DNA of 64,000 nucleotides, taken from an uncultured virus (IMG/VR IMGVR_UViG_3300035511_000224) (Duplodnaviria; Heunggongvirae; Uroviricota; Caudoviricetes). Position numbers and translations under genes: made by a program. Shown here piece by piece: positions 9,451 to 19,256 of the stretch; the stretch's first letter is position 1, and the number at the start of each line of letters is the position of its first letter. Under the pieces are notes generated by a model. That model worked only from the letters and a program-made list of their open reading frames with translations. It was not told the DNA's origin and made no database searches. The stretch is from IMG/VR virus record IMGVR_UViG_3300035511_000224; one strand, given 5' to 3'.

Positions 9451-10308
9451 ATGAACTATCCGCAGTGTTTATTAAACGAACTTGCAAAGTATGGTCAGAA
9501 GCCTTCGGGTAACATCGAATGGGATAAAGCCATGCTTGATACCATTAAAATCAGACGTTCTGACGAGGCGCTGTATGGCGTCATGGATATTGCCAGGTAC
9601 ATACAGAAGGCTGACCAGGATATGCGTAATGCTCAAAAAGCATATCCGGACCTTACGGATCCGGCCGTGTACGAACTACACGCGCGCCTGTTTCTTTACA
9701 TTGCCAACAATATCGTCCTGGAGTCTCAACATAGAGAATTTATCATCGACGATAACAACAGGAAGGTGGTGCAATTCTTGTTGTACTACTTCAATAACTG
9801 TCGACTTGCGGAAACGGTTTTCCCGGATCGTGGTTACAAGCTGCACAAGAACATTTTGCTGAAGGGCAAACTGGGCGTGGGCAAAACGATGTTGATGCAG
9901 TGTTTCTCTGAATACTTGCGCCGCATTAATTCGCCTCGATTCTTCCACAACCTGTCTGTGGTGCAGATGGTCAACTACTACACCATCCACAACAACCTGG
10001 ACCGGTATACTTTCTATGAGGAGGAGAGTAGGGGGTTCATGCCGAAACCGGAGAATGTGTGCCTCAACGATGTGGGCATCAATGATGACAAGGTTTTCTT
10101 CGGCATGAAGACGTCAGTGCTTACTGATGAGTTCTTACTCGCGCGCAATGATATTTGGGCAGGATGGGGCAAGTTCGCACACATTACGACCAATCTTGAT
10201 GAGGCGGCGCTGATAGCTCGCTTCACTAAAGGTGATTCTTATGGCCGTCTTGTGGATCGTTTCAAAACATATAACGTAATTGAGTTAACCGGTAATAGTC
10301 GTAGATAA
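9451..10308 (+). CDS. DnaC-like P-loop ATPase (helicase loader)
   Basis: GKLGVGKT Walker A, CLNDVG Walker B-like, HITTNL, YGRLVDR, ELTGNSRR. Confidence 0.8.
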   Translation: MNYPQCLLNELAKYGQKPSGNIEWDKAMLDTIKIRRSDEALYGVMDIARYIQKADQDMRNAQKAYPDLTDPAVYELHARLFLYIANNIVLESQHREFIIDDNNRKVVQFLLYYFNNCRLAETVFPDRGYKLHKNILLKGKLGVGKTMLMQCFSEYLRRINSPRFFHNLSVVQMVNYYTIHNNLDRYTFYEEESRGFMPKPENVCLNDVGINDDKVFFGMKTSVLTDEFLLARNDIWAGWGKFAHITTNLDEAALIARFTKGDSYGRLVDRFKTYNVIELTGNSRR

Positions 10309-10310
10309 TT

Positions 10311-10511
10311 ATGGAAACAAGAAAAATCTCCTCTAAAATGAGGAATACTGCCAACGATGTTCACAATAAGGCATATTGGCGAATGAATAATATTACAGCG
10401 AAGGATGTTGTCAAGCTTGACGTGATGAAAAAGGTACAGACCGTCCTTGGACTTCTCCGAGAGATTGATGGCATCTCAATGAATATAGTTATAACCATTA
10501 AAAAAGATTAG
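10311..10511 (+). CDS. hypothetical protein
   Basis: tightly spaced ORF in early operon. Confidence 0.55.
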   Translation: METRKISSKMRNTANDVHNKAYWRMNNITAKDVVKLDVMKKVQTVLGLLREIDGISMNIVITIKKD

Positions 10512-10513
10512 TT

Positions 10514-10828
10514 ATGAAAGAGTTAGAGATTAAGCAGATGTTAGCGGATAAGAATATTCCGGACTGCTACAAATGGGGAGGTAAACTTGACAGCCGGTTC
10601 CTTGATGGCGTTGAGTATGCGGAGAGGGCGTTCAAGAAGAACGGATTGGATATGTGGGCCTCAATGGATGAGGACGATGACGAGCGTATCTATATCACGC
10701 AGGAGAAACCGAAACTTTACGAAGGTGTATGGAATGGTAACGTCTTGTTTACAATAGATAGCAGCGTGCTTCCATCACTCAATTTTGAAAACAGTCCACT
10801 TAGAGTTAAAATAATTTTGGAGGATTAA
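10514..10828 (+). CDS. hypothetical protein
   Basis: tightly spaced ORF in early operon. Confidence 0.6.
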   Translation: MKELEIKQMLADKNIPDCYKWGGKLDSRFLDGVEYAERAFKKNGLDMWASMDEDDDERIYITQEKPKLYEGVWNGNVLFTIDSSVLPSLNFENSPLRVKIILED

Positions 10829-10831
10829 ATT

Positions 10832-11089
10832 ATGAAAATAGAAACATTTGAAAAGGCTATTGAGATAAGGAATAAGATTTTTGCAATGAAAAAGGCGAAA
10901 GCAGAAATCGAAAGTGCCCAAAATTGCAGGCTCACATTTGTTGGTGGAAGTTGCAAGGATAAATTGGAACCTCTATCGTCACATTCGCTTAGAGCTATAG
11001 ACGATATACTTTACTACCACAAGGATCAGATTTGCAATGAGATAGATGAAGAAATTGAAAAATTATACAAAGATATTGAAGAGTTATGA
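10832..11089 (+). CDS. hypothetical protein
   Basis: tightly spaced, AT-rich ORF. Confidence 0.6.
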   Translation: MKIETFEKAIEIRNKIFAMKKAKAEIESAQNCRLTFVGGSCKDKLEPLSSHSLRAIDDILYYHKDQICNEIDEEIEKLYKDIEEL

Positions 11090-11466
11090 AAGAAATTGAA
11101 GACGTTATATTGGCTGCGAAAGAACTAATTGAAATGTTTCCTCTAAGCATAAGGAGAAGAGCGGAGATGGTCGCTAAAATATGCGCTGAAGAAAACAAAT
11201 CAACCGACTTTTCTATAGGTGTTGCATGGGCGGACTATCATCCAAATTGGATTAGTGTGAAGGACGCGCTTCCGCCATACGATGAGATGGTATTACTCTA
11301 TTGCGATTCTTGGGATATTCCGCACGTTTGTGGAAGAGCAGAAGGGTGCGATTCTGATGTGTATTACAATGACGAAGGACGTATGCTTGAAGATAAGCCG
11401 AGCTATTGGATGCCGTTGCCGAAAACTCCAAAGATAGGAGAGAAAGAAGAGGAGGAAGAAGAATGA
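11086..11466 (+). CDS. DUF551-like protein
   Basis: WISVKDALP...YWMPLP signature. Confidence 0.75.
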   Translation: MKEIEDVILAAKELIEMFPLSIRRRAEMVAKICAEENKSTDFSIGVAWADYHPNWISVKDALPPYDEMVLLYCDSWDIPHVCGRAEGCDSDVYYNDEGRMLEDKPSYWMPLPKTPKIGEKEEEEEE

Positions 11467-11963
11467 AAAAATATAAAGTATTATTTGCGGATCTCGATGG
11501 CACTCTTATTAAAACAAAGAGTGGTAAAACCTTCCCGGAAGATCTTTGGGATATGAAGCTGAAGTATGATGTGCTTGACGCCATCAGAAAATTGCGACCT
11601 GACTATGTAATCGTCGTGACAAATCAGGGAGGTATTGAAAAAGGATTTATTACAAAGTCAGACTTCATGGAAAAACTAAGGTTTGTTACGGAAGCTATCA
11701 AAAGTTATTCAAAAGTATTATGTGCTGGTACGTTTTGTGAAAGTAATGACCCAAATTGTGACCGACGTAAGCCAAACACAGGCATGTTAGAACAATGGAA
11801 GTCAATTAATGCGGCATTCTCAAAATCCAATATGCTGATGATTGGTGATGCATCAGGAAAAGAAGGACAGTTTTCCGACAGCGATAAAAAGACCGCAGAA
11901 AACTTTGGCATTGATTACATGGATGTTGATGACTTTGTAAAAGCATTAGCATCCACAACTTAA
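11463..11963 (+). CDS. HAD-IIIA phosphatase, polynucleotide 3'-phosphatase (PNKP phosphatase)-like
   Basis: DLDGT, TNQGG, RKPNTGM, GDASG, SDSD motifs; ATG at 11463. Confidence 0.85.
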   Translation: MKKYKVLFADLDGTLIKTKSGKTFPEDLWDMKLKYDVLDAIRKLRPDYVIVVTNQGGIEKGFITKSDFMEKLRFVTEAIKSYSKVLCAGTFCESNDPNCDRRKPNTGMLEQWKSINAAFSKSNMLMIGDASGKEGQFSDSDKKTAENFGIDYMDVDDFVKALASTT

Positions 11964-11995
11964 AGTGTTCCCACAAACCAATAGCACTATTTTTG
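11953..11995 (+). promoter_or_regulatory. late-type promoter (box-N21-TAnnTTTG)
   Basis: CCACAACTTAAAGT-N21-TATTTTTG upstream of the tail operon. Confidence 0.55.
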
Positions 11996-11998
11996 TCA

Positions 11999-12376
11999 AT
12001 GATGAAAAGTATTATAGCCAATTCACGCAAACACGATATAACATTCCGCTCCGATGGACGGATTGATATATCAGCACACATCGCCCGGAAATTATCACTC
12101 GCTCCGGGCGATGTGATAGATATTGCTGAAGATGGAGGCGAGTTGTATCTCTACGCCAAACTCCGTGCCGGCAACTATGTAGGGCGACACGTCGGAAGCG
12201 TATGGGCTACCTCCAAAGGTGGCCGATGTGGAACCTTCCGAACATGTTCCAAACATATCACAGATGCAGTCCTTGCTGTTGCTCAACGCACCAATGAGCT
12301 GCGATGTCCTTGTGGCTCGGAGATGGTATCTAACAACACTAAGTATATAACAATCATATATCGTTACTCTCTATGA
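11999..12376 (+). CDS. hypothetical protein (AbrB-like beta-rich pattern)
   Basis: DGRIDISAHIARKLSLAPGDVIDI resembles the swapped-hairpin fold; coupled to the next gene. Confidence 0.55.
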   Translation: MMKSIIANSRKHDITFRSDGRIDISAHIARKLSLAPGDVIDIAEDGGELYLYAKLRAGNYVGRHVGSVWATSKGGRCGTFRTCSKHITDAVLAVAQRTNELRCPCGSEMVSNNTKYITIIYRYSL

Positions 12377-15261
12377 TTAAAGATATTAAATATACCGGCT
12401 ATTCCGCAGTTCCATCAGACTATGAATGTCAAGATGGGGACCTCGCGCAATCAGTAAACTTAATCAATGAAAATGGGAGTCTCAGTTCAATTCTTCCACC
12501 AAGAGTTAGGTTTACTCTTGAAGGAGATTATCGAGTGGTATTTATACACAAGCCGAAAGCTAATACTGTGCACTATATAGTCCACTCACAAACAAAGTCT
12601 AAGTTAGGATGGATAAATGAAGATAGCTCTACGGTTAACGAGTTTAGTGGAACTTTTACAGGATTCAAACATGCTAATGCTGTAGGCAACACACTCATGC
12701 TATTCTGCACTAATGCAACATACTATTTCCTTTGGAAAGATAACAGCTCTTACCTTTCACTGGGCGATCATGTTCCAAATCTCGAACTTTCGTTTGGTCT
12801 GGTCGGTCATCCTCGCTTGTTTAGTATGGTTGACGATGACAAGAGCACGTTCACCATTACGTTTGACAGCATCAAAGATGAGGATATACACTCAACGTTT
12901 ACGGAAGCTAATAAGACCTCTATAACAAGCCAGGTAATGGCAAAACTTAATCGCTTTATCGCGAATGAGACTATAAACAAAGGTCGCTTCTGCTTCCCGT
13001 TCTTCGTGCGCTATGCCTTACGTATGTATGATGGAACATTGATAGGACATTCAGCACCTATACTTATGAACCCTCAGACAAAAGCGGCACCGGTGGTGAT
13101 GTGGAATCGCCTTAAAGGAAAGAAAGACAAATACACATCTGCCGAGCTTGATATGATGATGGTAGCCTCAACACTAGATTACGAGGTAGTAACAAGTAGT
13201 GATGCTTATCTACTTGAAAAGTGGTCAGACATTATCAAAAGTGTAGATGTATATATCTCTAAGCCTATCTACACATATGATCAAGAGGGAGAGATAACAT
13301 CCTTCTATGATAGTGACAACTTCGATACTAAATTTATTGGTCGTCTGTATAGTGATAAAACATTATCCAAGGATTCTGAGCCACAAGAGGATTGCATCCT
13401 TGGCCCGGTGTCTGATGGAGACTTTCTGAAGTATTATGCCGAATGGGACTACTCACATATCTACGCGATGTATTTCAACCAATCTCGTGAATATCCTTCT
13501 GAAACAATTCATTTGCCGGAATTTACAGACGATAAGAACTCAGAATCACTTCGTTCATGTTCAACGTTCTACAAACTGTGTTCTCTTGATATTAACGATG
13601 TATATAACAACTATAGAAGCAATACTCGTACAAACATTGTAGTGGACGATGAGTATCTGCAATCTCTTGTGGCTCGTGAGGTTATGACGGATGACTACTT
13701 GACGCACGACGAAATACACGCAGACTATTCATTTGCATACAATAACCGTATGAATCTAGCTGGAGTACGTCGCAAACTGTTCAAAGGATTCTCGTTGCAG
13801 GGTATGTTCGCTTACGTAGACAACATCATGCTCTTTAATTTTGATTCGAGCAATAATAATCAGTTGAACATCAAAGCGACGAACCTGGTAGATACGATGG
13901 AACCTATCACCGTTTACATTAAAGAGAATGGTGCAAACTATGTCGTGCAAAACTCATTGTATTTATATGATAGATTCGTATCTCCTATGGCATACGGCAC
14001 ATTTGAAAGTAAAAAATATACTGATGGCAAAGAGACATATTCTTATACCGGCAGATATAAATACCATTCCTGTTGTTATTTCTTCTATCCAAATGTAAAT
14101 GCTTACAAGATATGCATTACAAATGGTACTGAGAAGATGTACATTGATTTGACTGCGCACGACTATCTCAACGGTGCGTATGCGCTACTTGACTATGGCA
14201 CGACGCGCGAAGATAACTCTTCGTCGTTTACGCCTCCGGAGATAGAGGAAGATGATCCATCATCATTAGATGCTGATAACGGCACAGTCAGTGTTCCGTC
14301 GAAGCTATATACTTCCGAGGTAAATAACCCATTCTTCTATCCGGTGACAGGAATTAATACAATCGGCACAGGCACACTGCTTGGCATTTGTTCCGCGGCT
14401 AGAGCGCTTTCTCAAGGTCAGTTCGGCCAATTCCCTCTCTACGCATTCTCAGATGAGGGCGTGTGGGCGCTCGAGGTAAGTTCTACAGGTGGGTACACTG
14501 CCAAACAGCCTATTACACGTGATGTCGTCCTTGGTAGCGACTCAATCACGCAAATTGATTCATCGGTATTGTTCGCCACAGACCGTGGAATTATGTTGGT
14601 CTCCGGCTCTCAGTCGCAATGTATCTCTGATTCTATTGATAATATCACGGAGCAAACCATCAAATATTTGAAAGGCTGTAACCAACTGCTCTCTTATGCA
14701 GGTGTGAGCGAACAAGAGACAACCATTGTTCCGTTCAAGACCTTTATCGCTGATTGTAGAATGACGTATGACTACGTGAATCAACGTATCATAGTCTTTA
14801 ACGCTGCTTATCCGTATGCTTATGTGTTCTCTCTGAAATCAAAGCTTTGGGGCATGATGCAATCTTCTATTACCTCAACAGTAAATTCATATCCGGAGGC
14901 ACTTGCCATGGATAGTGCAGGTAACTTGATTGATTTCAGTTCATCGGATGTAACGCAGAACAAAGGCTTTTTCATAACTCGTGCTATCAAACTGGAGATG
15001 CCGGATGTGCTAAAGACCATGGATACGATAATACAGCGTGGAAACTTCGCCAAAGGTCACGTGCAATCCGCTCTCTATGGCTCACGTGATTTAATAAATT
15101 GGTTCCCTGTATGGTCCTCTAAAGACCACTACCTTCGTGGGTTCCGTGGAACACCATACAAATACTTCCGCATAGCGTGTGTTACATATCTTGCGGAAGG
15201 AGAAAGCATTTATGGAGCATCGCTCCAATTCAATCCTAGACTAATAGACCAACCAAGGTAA
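12373..15261 (+). CDS. tail/head-stabilisation (nozzle-like) virion protein
   Basis: 962 aa, beta-rich; GQFGQFPLYAFSDEGVWAL-type C-terminal region as in short-tailed Bacteroidales phages; family call inferred. Confidence 0.55.
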   Translation: MIKDIKYTGYSAVPSDYECQDGDLAQSVNLINENGSLSSILPPRVRFTLEGDYRVVFIHKPKANTVHYIVHSQTKSKLGWINEDSSTVNEFSGTFTGFKHANAVGNTLMLFCTNATYYFLWKDNSSYLSLGDHVPNLELSFGLVGHPRLFSMVDDDKSTFTITFDSIKDEDIHSTFTEANKTSITSQVMAKLNRFIANETINKGRFCFPFFVRYALRMYDGTLIGHSAPILMNPQTKAAPVVMWNRLKGKKDKYTSAELDMMMVASTLDYEVVTSSDAYLLEKWSDIIKSVDVYISKPIYTYDQEGEITSFYDSDNFDTKFIGRLYSDKTLSKDSEPQEDCILGPVSDGDFLKYYAEWDYSHIYAMYFNQSREYPSETIHLPEFTDDKNSESLRSCSTFYKLCSLDINDVYNNYRSNTRTNIVVDDEYLQSLVAREVMTDDYLTHDEIHADYSFAYNNRMNLAGVRRKLFKGFSLQGMFAYVDNIMLFNFDSSNNNQLNIKATNLVDTMEPITVYIKENGANYVVQNSLYLYDRFVSPMAYGTFESKKYTDGKETYSYTGRYKYHSCCYFFYPNVNAYKICITNGTEKMYIDLTAHDYLNGAYALLDYGTTREDNSSSFTPPEIEEDDPSSLDADNGTVSVPSKLYTSEVNNPFFYPVTGINTIGTGTLLGICSAARALSQGQFGQFPLYAFSDEGVWALEVSSTGGYTAKQPITRDVVLGSDSITQIDSSVLFATDRGIMLVSGSQSQCISDSIDNITEQTIKYLKGCNQLLSYAGVSEQETTIVPFKTFIADCRMTYDYVNQRIIVFNAAYPYAYVFSLKSKLWGMMQSSITSTVNSYPEALAMDSAGNLIDFSSSDVTQNKGFFITRAIKLEMPDVLKTMDTIIQRGNFAKGHVQSALYGSRDLINWFPVWSSKDHYLRGFRGTPYKYFRIACVTYLAEGESIYGASLQFNPRLIDQPR

Positions 15262-15305
15262 GGCAAAATTTTCATATCTATCTAAATTTAAGGTTAATAA
15301 TGTAA

Positions 15306-15338
15306 GAGAGCCGGGGCGCGTGATGCGTCTCGGCTCTC
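15306..15338. terminator. hairpin between convergent late operons
   Basis: GAGAGCCGGGGCGC-GTGAT-GCGTCTCGGCTCTC, 14-bp stem with G-T pairs. Confidence 0.65.
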
Positions 15339-15382
15339 GTCTTGTCGGGTAAATTCCTCCGGTAAACGCCGGTGGTATGTGT

Positions 15383-15940
15383 TTAGAATGGGGGTGCCGG
15401 TCTGGTAAGCACACCTGTGCGACTATTCTTGATGACGTTGATTTCATCCACAGCCTCCATGGCCTTATCCAACCAATTCTTGGCGGCGTCCGGATGTGTG
15501 ATGCTCAGCCAATCGTGAATCACTCTTGCTACCATGAACTCATGAATAAGCCTACTGAGAAGGTGCAGCGTGGTCCTGGACATAGTGACAGGCACACTCA
15601 TTTCAATGGGGTACTTATCCGGTGTCCATAGGCGGTCATTAATGACCTCAGATTCTTCCGGCTCTTCCTTGGTGTAAGGATAGAGCATTTCTACAGCTGC
15701 GGCATACACCGCTGCGAGAATGCGGTTCACTCTGTCCACATTTCCCTCTTCGCCAATCTCAACGAGGGTGTGTTGTGCGTGTTGATTTTCATCTCCCCAC
15801 ACATGGCCCTCAATATAGGCGTAGTTCTTTATATCGTAGATTAGTTCCTCACGCAAGAACTCCAAGGTCACTTTTCTGGTGGCCTTAGAATCCTTCGCGT
15901 CAGGATCATAACAATTATTACTGCAACCTATGTGATACAT
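15383..15940 (-). CDS. head-tail adaptor/ring-like protein (paralog 3)
   Basis: shares layout with 15944 and 16476 ORFs (IHEFMVARVIHDW; C-terminal TRP). Confidence 0.6.
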   Translation of the reverse strand: MYHIGCSNNCYDPDAKDSKATRKVTLEFLREELIYDIKNYAYIEGHVWGDENQHAQHTLVEIGEEGNVDRVNRILAAVYAAAVEMLYPYTKEEPEESEVINDRLWTPDKYPIEMSVPVTMSRTTLHLLSRLIHEFMVARVIHDWLSITHPDAAKNWLDKAMEAVDEINVIKNSRTGVLTRPAPPF

Positions 15941-15943
15941 GGC

Positions 15944-16456
15944 TTAATCAGTGTAAGTGGGGCGTGTTGGACGCTCACGTTTGTACAATGCTTGCTTGGC
16001 TTTGTCAAGGGCTTCCGTAGCGAGATTCGCATAGTCCTGGGCATCTGCCTTGTCTGTGATGACAAACCACTCGGAAAGTGTGCGGTCCACAATGTACTCG
16101 TGGAGCATACCTCCGAGACTGTCGCAAGCAGAATTATTAAAGTTGGACGGCAGTAGGAAGGAGAGCGTAAGTGGCTCATCAGCCTCAACTGCTTTGTTGA
16201 TTCGGTTGTTAGATGTTGTGCCATCTTCGTGCAGATACTCACCAAGCTCTACCTTCAGATGTGAGAAGGCATTGCTGATGGAGCGTAATATCTGATAAGA
16301 GTGCTCATCATCTTCACTCGCTTGCATGTAAGCCGTGCTTTGGTAGTCCGCACCACCGGCTTTGCGTGCTTGTCCGGTAAGGTGTGACTTGTTCATTACG
16401 TCGAACTTCAACTCCTTCGTTTCAAGCGTCACTGTAATGGTCTTTTTCTGTTCCAT
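15944..16456 (-). CDS. head-tail adaptor/ring-like protein (paralog 2)
   Basis: LHEYIVDRTLSEW...YKRERPTRPTY. Confidence 0.6.
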   Translation of the reverse strand: MEQKKTITVTLETKELKFDVMNKSHLTGQARKAGGADYQSTAYMQASEDDEHSYQILRSISNAFSHLKVELGEYLHEDGTTSNNRINKAVEADEPLTLSFLLPSNFNNSACDSLGGMLHEYIVDRTLSEWFVITDKADAQDYANLATEALDKAKQALYKRERPTRPTYTD

Positions 16457-16475
16457 TGTGATGTGGGTTTAAAAG

Positions 16476-16961
16476 TTAATCATCGTAAGTGGGGCGTGTC
16501 GGTTTTTTCTTGTAGACTGCTTTGCGATGGATGTCATCCAGAAGCGTTGCTGCCTTGTCGGCATAGTCTCCGGCTTCCTGCTTGTTGGTATATACATACC
16601 ACTTAGCGGCAATACCCATGACAAAGTAGTTAAACAGACTCACCTTCATGCTCGGCAATAGCGCGTCGTCAAACGACTTTGAAACGTCAAGCTTCAATTC
16701 ATATTGCGGTGCCACTAAAGCTTCCTGAGCATCCTCCGAAGAGGATACTTCCCCTTCAAAGGTCACCATGCCTATCAGCTCTTGGCATAAGTCTGAACGA
16801 CATTCATCCCAAAAGCGGTCAAGTTGGTTCTCGTCCTCGTCAACCGTCGAAATACGATCCAGGGCCGTTGCATCGGCGTCCATCTTAGCTCCGGTGTATG
16901 CCGTAGTTGTGGCAACCTCTTTCATAACAGCCTCTTTGCTGATGGTCAGTGTTATTTCCAT
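16476..16961 (-). CDS. head-tail adaptor/ring-like protein (paralog 1)
   Basis: start MEITLTIS at 16961; LFNYFVMGIAAKW...YKKKPTRPTY. Confidence 0.6.
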   Translation of the reverse strand: MEITLTISKEAVMKEVATTTAYTGAKMDADATALDRISTVDEDENQLDRFWDECRSDLCQELIGMVTFEGEVSSSEDAQEALVAPQYELKLDVSKSFDDALLPSMKVSLFNYFVMGIAAKWYVYTNKQEAGDYADKAATLLDDIHRKAVYKKKPTRPTYDD

Positions 16962-16963
16962 TG

Positions 16964-17554
16964 TCAAAAACTGATTAATGAATACGTTAGTCCAATGCCG
17001 ATATACGGCTGAAACCCTTTCGTGCAACAGCCATATCCTGTTGTAACGCCAATGTGCCAACGACTGGTGTTAGCGGCTTGGCGTGTGATAATGGTTGTTG
17101 GCTGGAAGATGCGCAAGCTGTCGAGCTTTGGACCTATCGGTCCGCTGACCCATGCCTCGTATGTGCTATCGGCATAGTGTCTCTGTATCATTGGTAACTC
17201 AACAACTATTGCACTGTCGTTGCTACATCGTGGTTTCCCTCCTGCGCTTGTGCCAAACATTTCCAGGGTCCTTATACTATCATGCGCAACTATTGTACTG
17301 TCTTGCCTTCGCGGTTCACCTCCACTTCCTCCACCGAAGAAACATATAGTCGGTAGCGTGTATAAAGATGTGCCCAACACCAACTCCGACTGCGGCTTCG
17401 GTGCGTAGTACGGTATGGTGTCTATGTATGTTTCTACTTTCTCGGTAGTTCCCGTGGTGTAATGGTTCCACTGGCTGAAGAAGAATCCGAGTAATATGCC
17501 GACCATTGTGCCGGCAATAAGCAAACAAAACTTCTTTAAATTCTCTGCTTTCAT
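16964..17554 (-). CDS. membrane-anchored lysis accessory (spanin-like) protein
   Basis: N-terminal TM, C-terminal beta-hairpin (WHIGVTTGYG...PYIGIGLTY), directly after the endolysin. Confidence 0.55.
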   Translation of the reverse strand: MKAENLKKFCLLIAGTMVGILLGFFFSQWNHYTTGTTEKVETYIDTIPYYAPKPQSELVLGTSLYTLPTICFFGGGSGGEPRRQDSTIVAHDSIRTLEMFGTSAGGKPRCSNDSAIVVELPMIQRHYADSTYEAWVSGPIGPKLDSLRIFQPTTIITRQAANTSRWHIGVTTGYGCCTKGFQPYIGIGLTYSLISF

Positions 17555-17555
17555 C

Positions 17556-18149
17556 TTATATCGTATTTATGTATGCAATAATAGAATCTACATGTAGCTT
17601 GGTGATAGCAGCTTTACCTTCCTCCGAGAGCAAGTAAGAGACGTCCGACTCATTATCCTGAAAGAGGTTCTCCGTTAATACAGCCGGACATTTGGTGTCT
17701 CTTGTCATGGCTATCGACTGTACCCAGTACTTCTCTTTAGGAATTGAACGGTTCCCCATTAGATTCATGCTGATGGCCGTATCTGTAAATATCTGTGCCA
17801 GCTTCTTCGAGTTGCTTGAGGCATTTGCGCTTAGGAATACTGAAAATCCTCTGGCATCATGCCACTTCCCATCGGCTCCTGCTGCATTGTTGTGGATGGA
17901 CACCAACACAACCTCTTTACTGCCGAGCTTGTTACACCAGGCGTTAACCCTGCGTACTCGCTCCTTCAGCGCTGTGTCTGTATCTTCCGGCACAATCAGA
18001 ATGGCATCATAGCCTTTCAAAGATAACTGCCGGCTTACTCGTTGGGCTATCTCACGGCAATAAAAGTATTCTTTCAGCCGGTTGTCCGGACTGCACTTAC
18101 CACCTTTCAATGGTGGATTACCATGGCCATTGTCAATTAGTATTTTCAT
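17556..18149 (-). CDS. endolysin, N-acetylmuramoyl-L-alanine amidase (Amidase_3)
   Basis: IDNGHG, E, VSIHNNA, PAVLTEN zinc-amidase motifs. Confidence 0.92.
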   Translation of the reverse strand: MKILIDNGHGNPPLKGGKCSPDNRLKEYFYCREIAQRVSRQLSLKGYDAILIVPEDTDTALKERVRRVNAWCNKLGSKEVVLVSIHNNAAGADGKWHDARGFSVFLSANASSNSKKLAQIFTDTAISMNLMGNRSIPKEKYWVQSIAMTRDTKCPAVLTENLFQDNESDVSYLLSEEGKAAITKLHVDSIIAYINTI

Positions 18150-18592
18150 TCTTCTGAGTTTAAGTTGAGTGATTGTATCCGGTCTATAAGTTTCTTGGCG
18201 TCTTTATCATGTGCACAATTCACAATGGCCTGTATAATGTCTGGCAACTGTGTCATGTGACTCTTACGACGTGTGGCGTGTTCAAACATGCTTTTAGCCT
18301 CCACAACGATAAGACCTACTCCAAACAGCAGCGTCACGAAGGGTAACGCATAGAACGAGAATAGGAAGCCTATGCAGTCAACTAAAAAGCCGATTAGGAT
18401 GAAACGAAAATATTCGCTCATCTTTGCTATCGTTACTCGGAGCTTGTGCGAGTGTACACGCTGATTGGTTTTTCTGGCTGTGTGCACGCCGTCCCATAGA
18501 TCGAGCATAATGGCGGTTATCACTAAGACGCAAACCGCAAAGAATGCTCCGAGAAACAGGTAGAGCTTGTCCATTGAAATGATTGTATCCAT
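18146..18592 (-). CDS. holin
   Basis: three hydrophobic helices, DLWDGV..A, EAKSMFE; coupled to the endolysin. Confidence 0.75.
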   Translation of the reverse strand: MDTIISMDKLYLFLGAFFAVCVLVITAIMLDLWDGVHTARKTNQRVHSHKLRVTIAKMSEYFRFILIGFLVDCIGFLFSFYALPFVTLLFGVGLIVVEAKSMFEHATRRKSHMTQLPDIIQAIVNCAHDKDAKKLIDRIQSLNLNSEE

Positions 18593-18612
18593 GTTTTCTA
18601 TATTGTTTGCAG

Positions 18613-18655
18613 CAAAGTTATTATCCGGAGCAATTAACGTCTCTTTATCTTTTGA
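18613..18655 (-). promoter_or_regulatory. late-type promoter of lysis operon
   Basis: TCAAAAGATAAAGA-N21-TAACTTTG. Confidence 0.75.
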
Positions 18656-18660
18656 CTTAA

Positions 18661-18699
18661 AGAAAAAGAGCTACGGATGTGCGCACATTCCGTAGCTCT
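18661..18699 (-). terminator. intrinsic terminator
   Basis: AGAGCTACGGA/TCCGTAGCTCT stem, followed by a T-tract on the minus strand. Confidence 0.75.
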
Positions 18700-18731
18700 G
18701 AAACACCTTATATAACTTGAAAATCCTGGGT

Positions 18732-19205
18732 TCAAAATCCAAAGGTCGCAGCGTCGAGCTGGTCTTTCTCGTTCCAACCGGCTATCCATGTCTCTATGAC
18801 ATATTGTGATGCCTGTTGGCTAAACTCATTAAACTCTGCTGCGTTGGCAAATGTATGGTAGATGGGGGTGCCGTCAGATTCTTCGTTAATCTTGACTTGA
18901 AGGGGAAAACTGTCATCACCGAAGTTGCTTATCATCATGAAGTTACGTTGGTTATCTTCTGATAGCCACACTTTCATGTCGTTCCATGTAAAACCGTTGA
19001 GGATTTTTTCTTTGGTCTGTGCGTTGATGGTTTCTATCAGCACTGCCTTCACCTCGTCCCATGTCGGTTTATGGTCAAAGGAGCATCTGTATTCGTAGTT
19101 ACTTCCTTGATCATCCGTGTACAGCCCATAAAAAAGCGTGTATGATTTACGCCCAATTTTGTACAGACCGTCTTGTCTTACCGTTGTACCATATATCTTA
19201 TCCAT
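18732..19205 (-). CDS. DUF4376-like tail-fibre-associated protein
   Basis: INAQTKEKILNGFTWNDMKVWLSEDNQRNF...GWNEKD; start MDKIY just after a -7 element. Confidence 0.6.
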   Translation of the reverse strand: MDKIYGTTVRQDGLYKIGRKSYTLFYGLYTDDQGSNYEYRCSFDHKPTWDEVKAVLIETINAQTKEKILNGFTWNDMKVWLSEDNQRNFMMISNFGDDSFPLQVKINEESDGTPIYHTFANAAEFNEFSQQASQYVIETWIAGWNEKDQLDAATFGF

Positions 19206-19212
19206 AGTGCAA

Positions 19213-19255
19213 CAAAGATACAGCGACAAGGTATATCCGGTTCTTTATCTTTTGA
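19213..19255 (-). promoter_or_regulatory. late-type promoter immediately after RT stop
   Basis: TCAAAAGATAAAGA-N21-TATCTTTG. Confidence 0.75.
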
Positions 19256-19256
19256 G

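Noticed and set aside
12373..15261. Second DGR target elsewhere in the window
   Set aside because: No second TR-like segment was found by eye in this or other ORFs; a local alignment of TR against the full genome would settle it
18732..19229. Downstream ORF as the Avd accessory protein
   Set aside because: Acidic, aromatic-rich, resembles DUF4376-like tail-associated proteins and has its own late promoter; not a basic four-helix Avd
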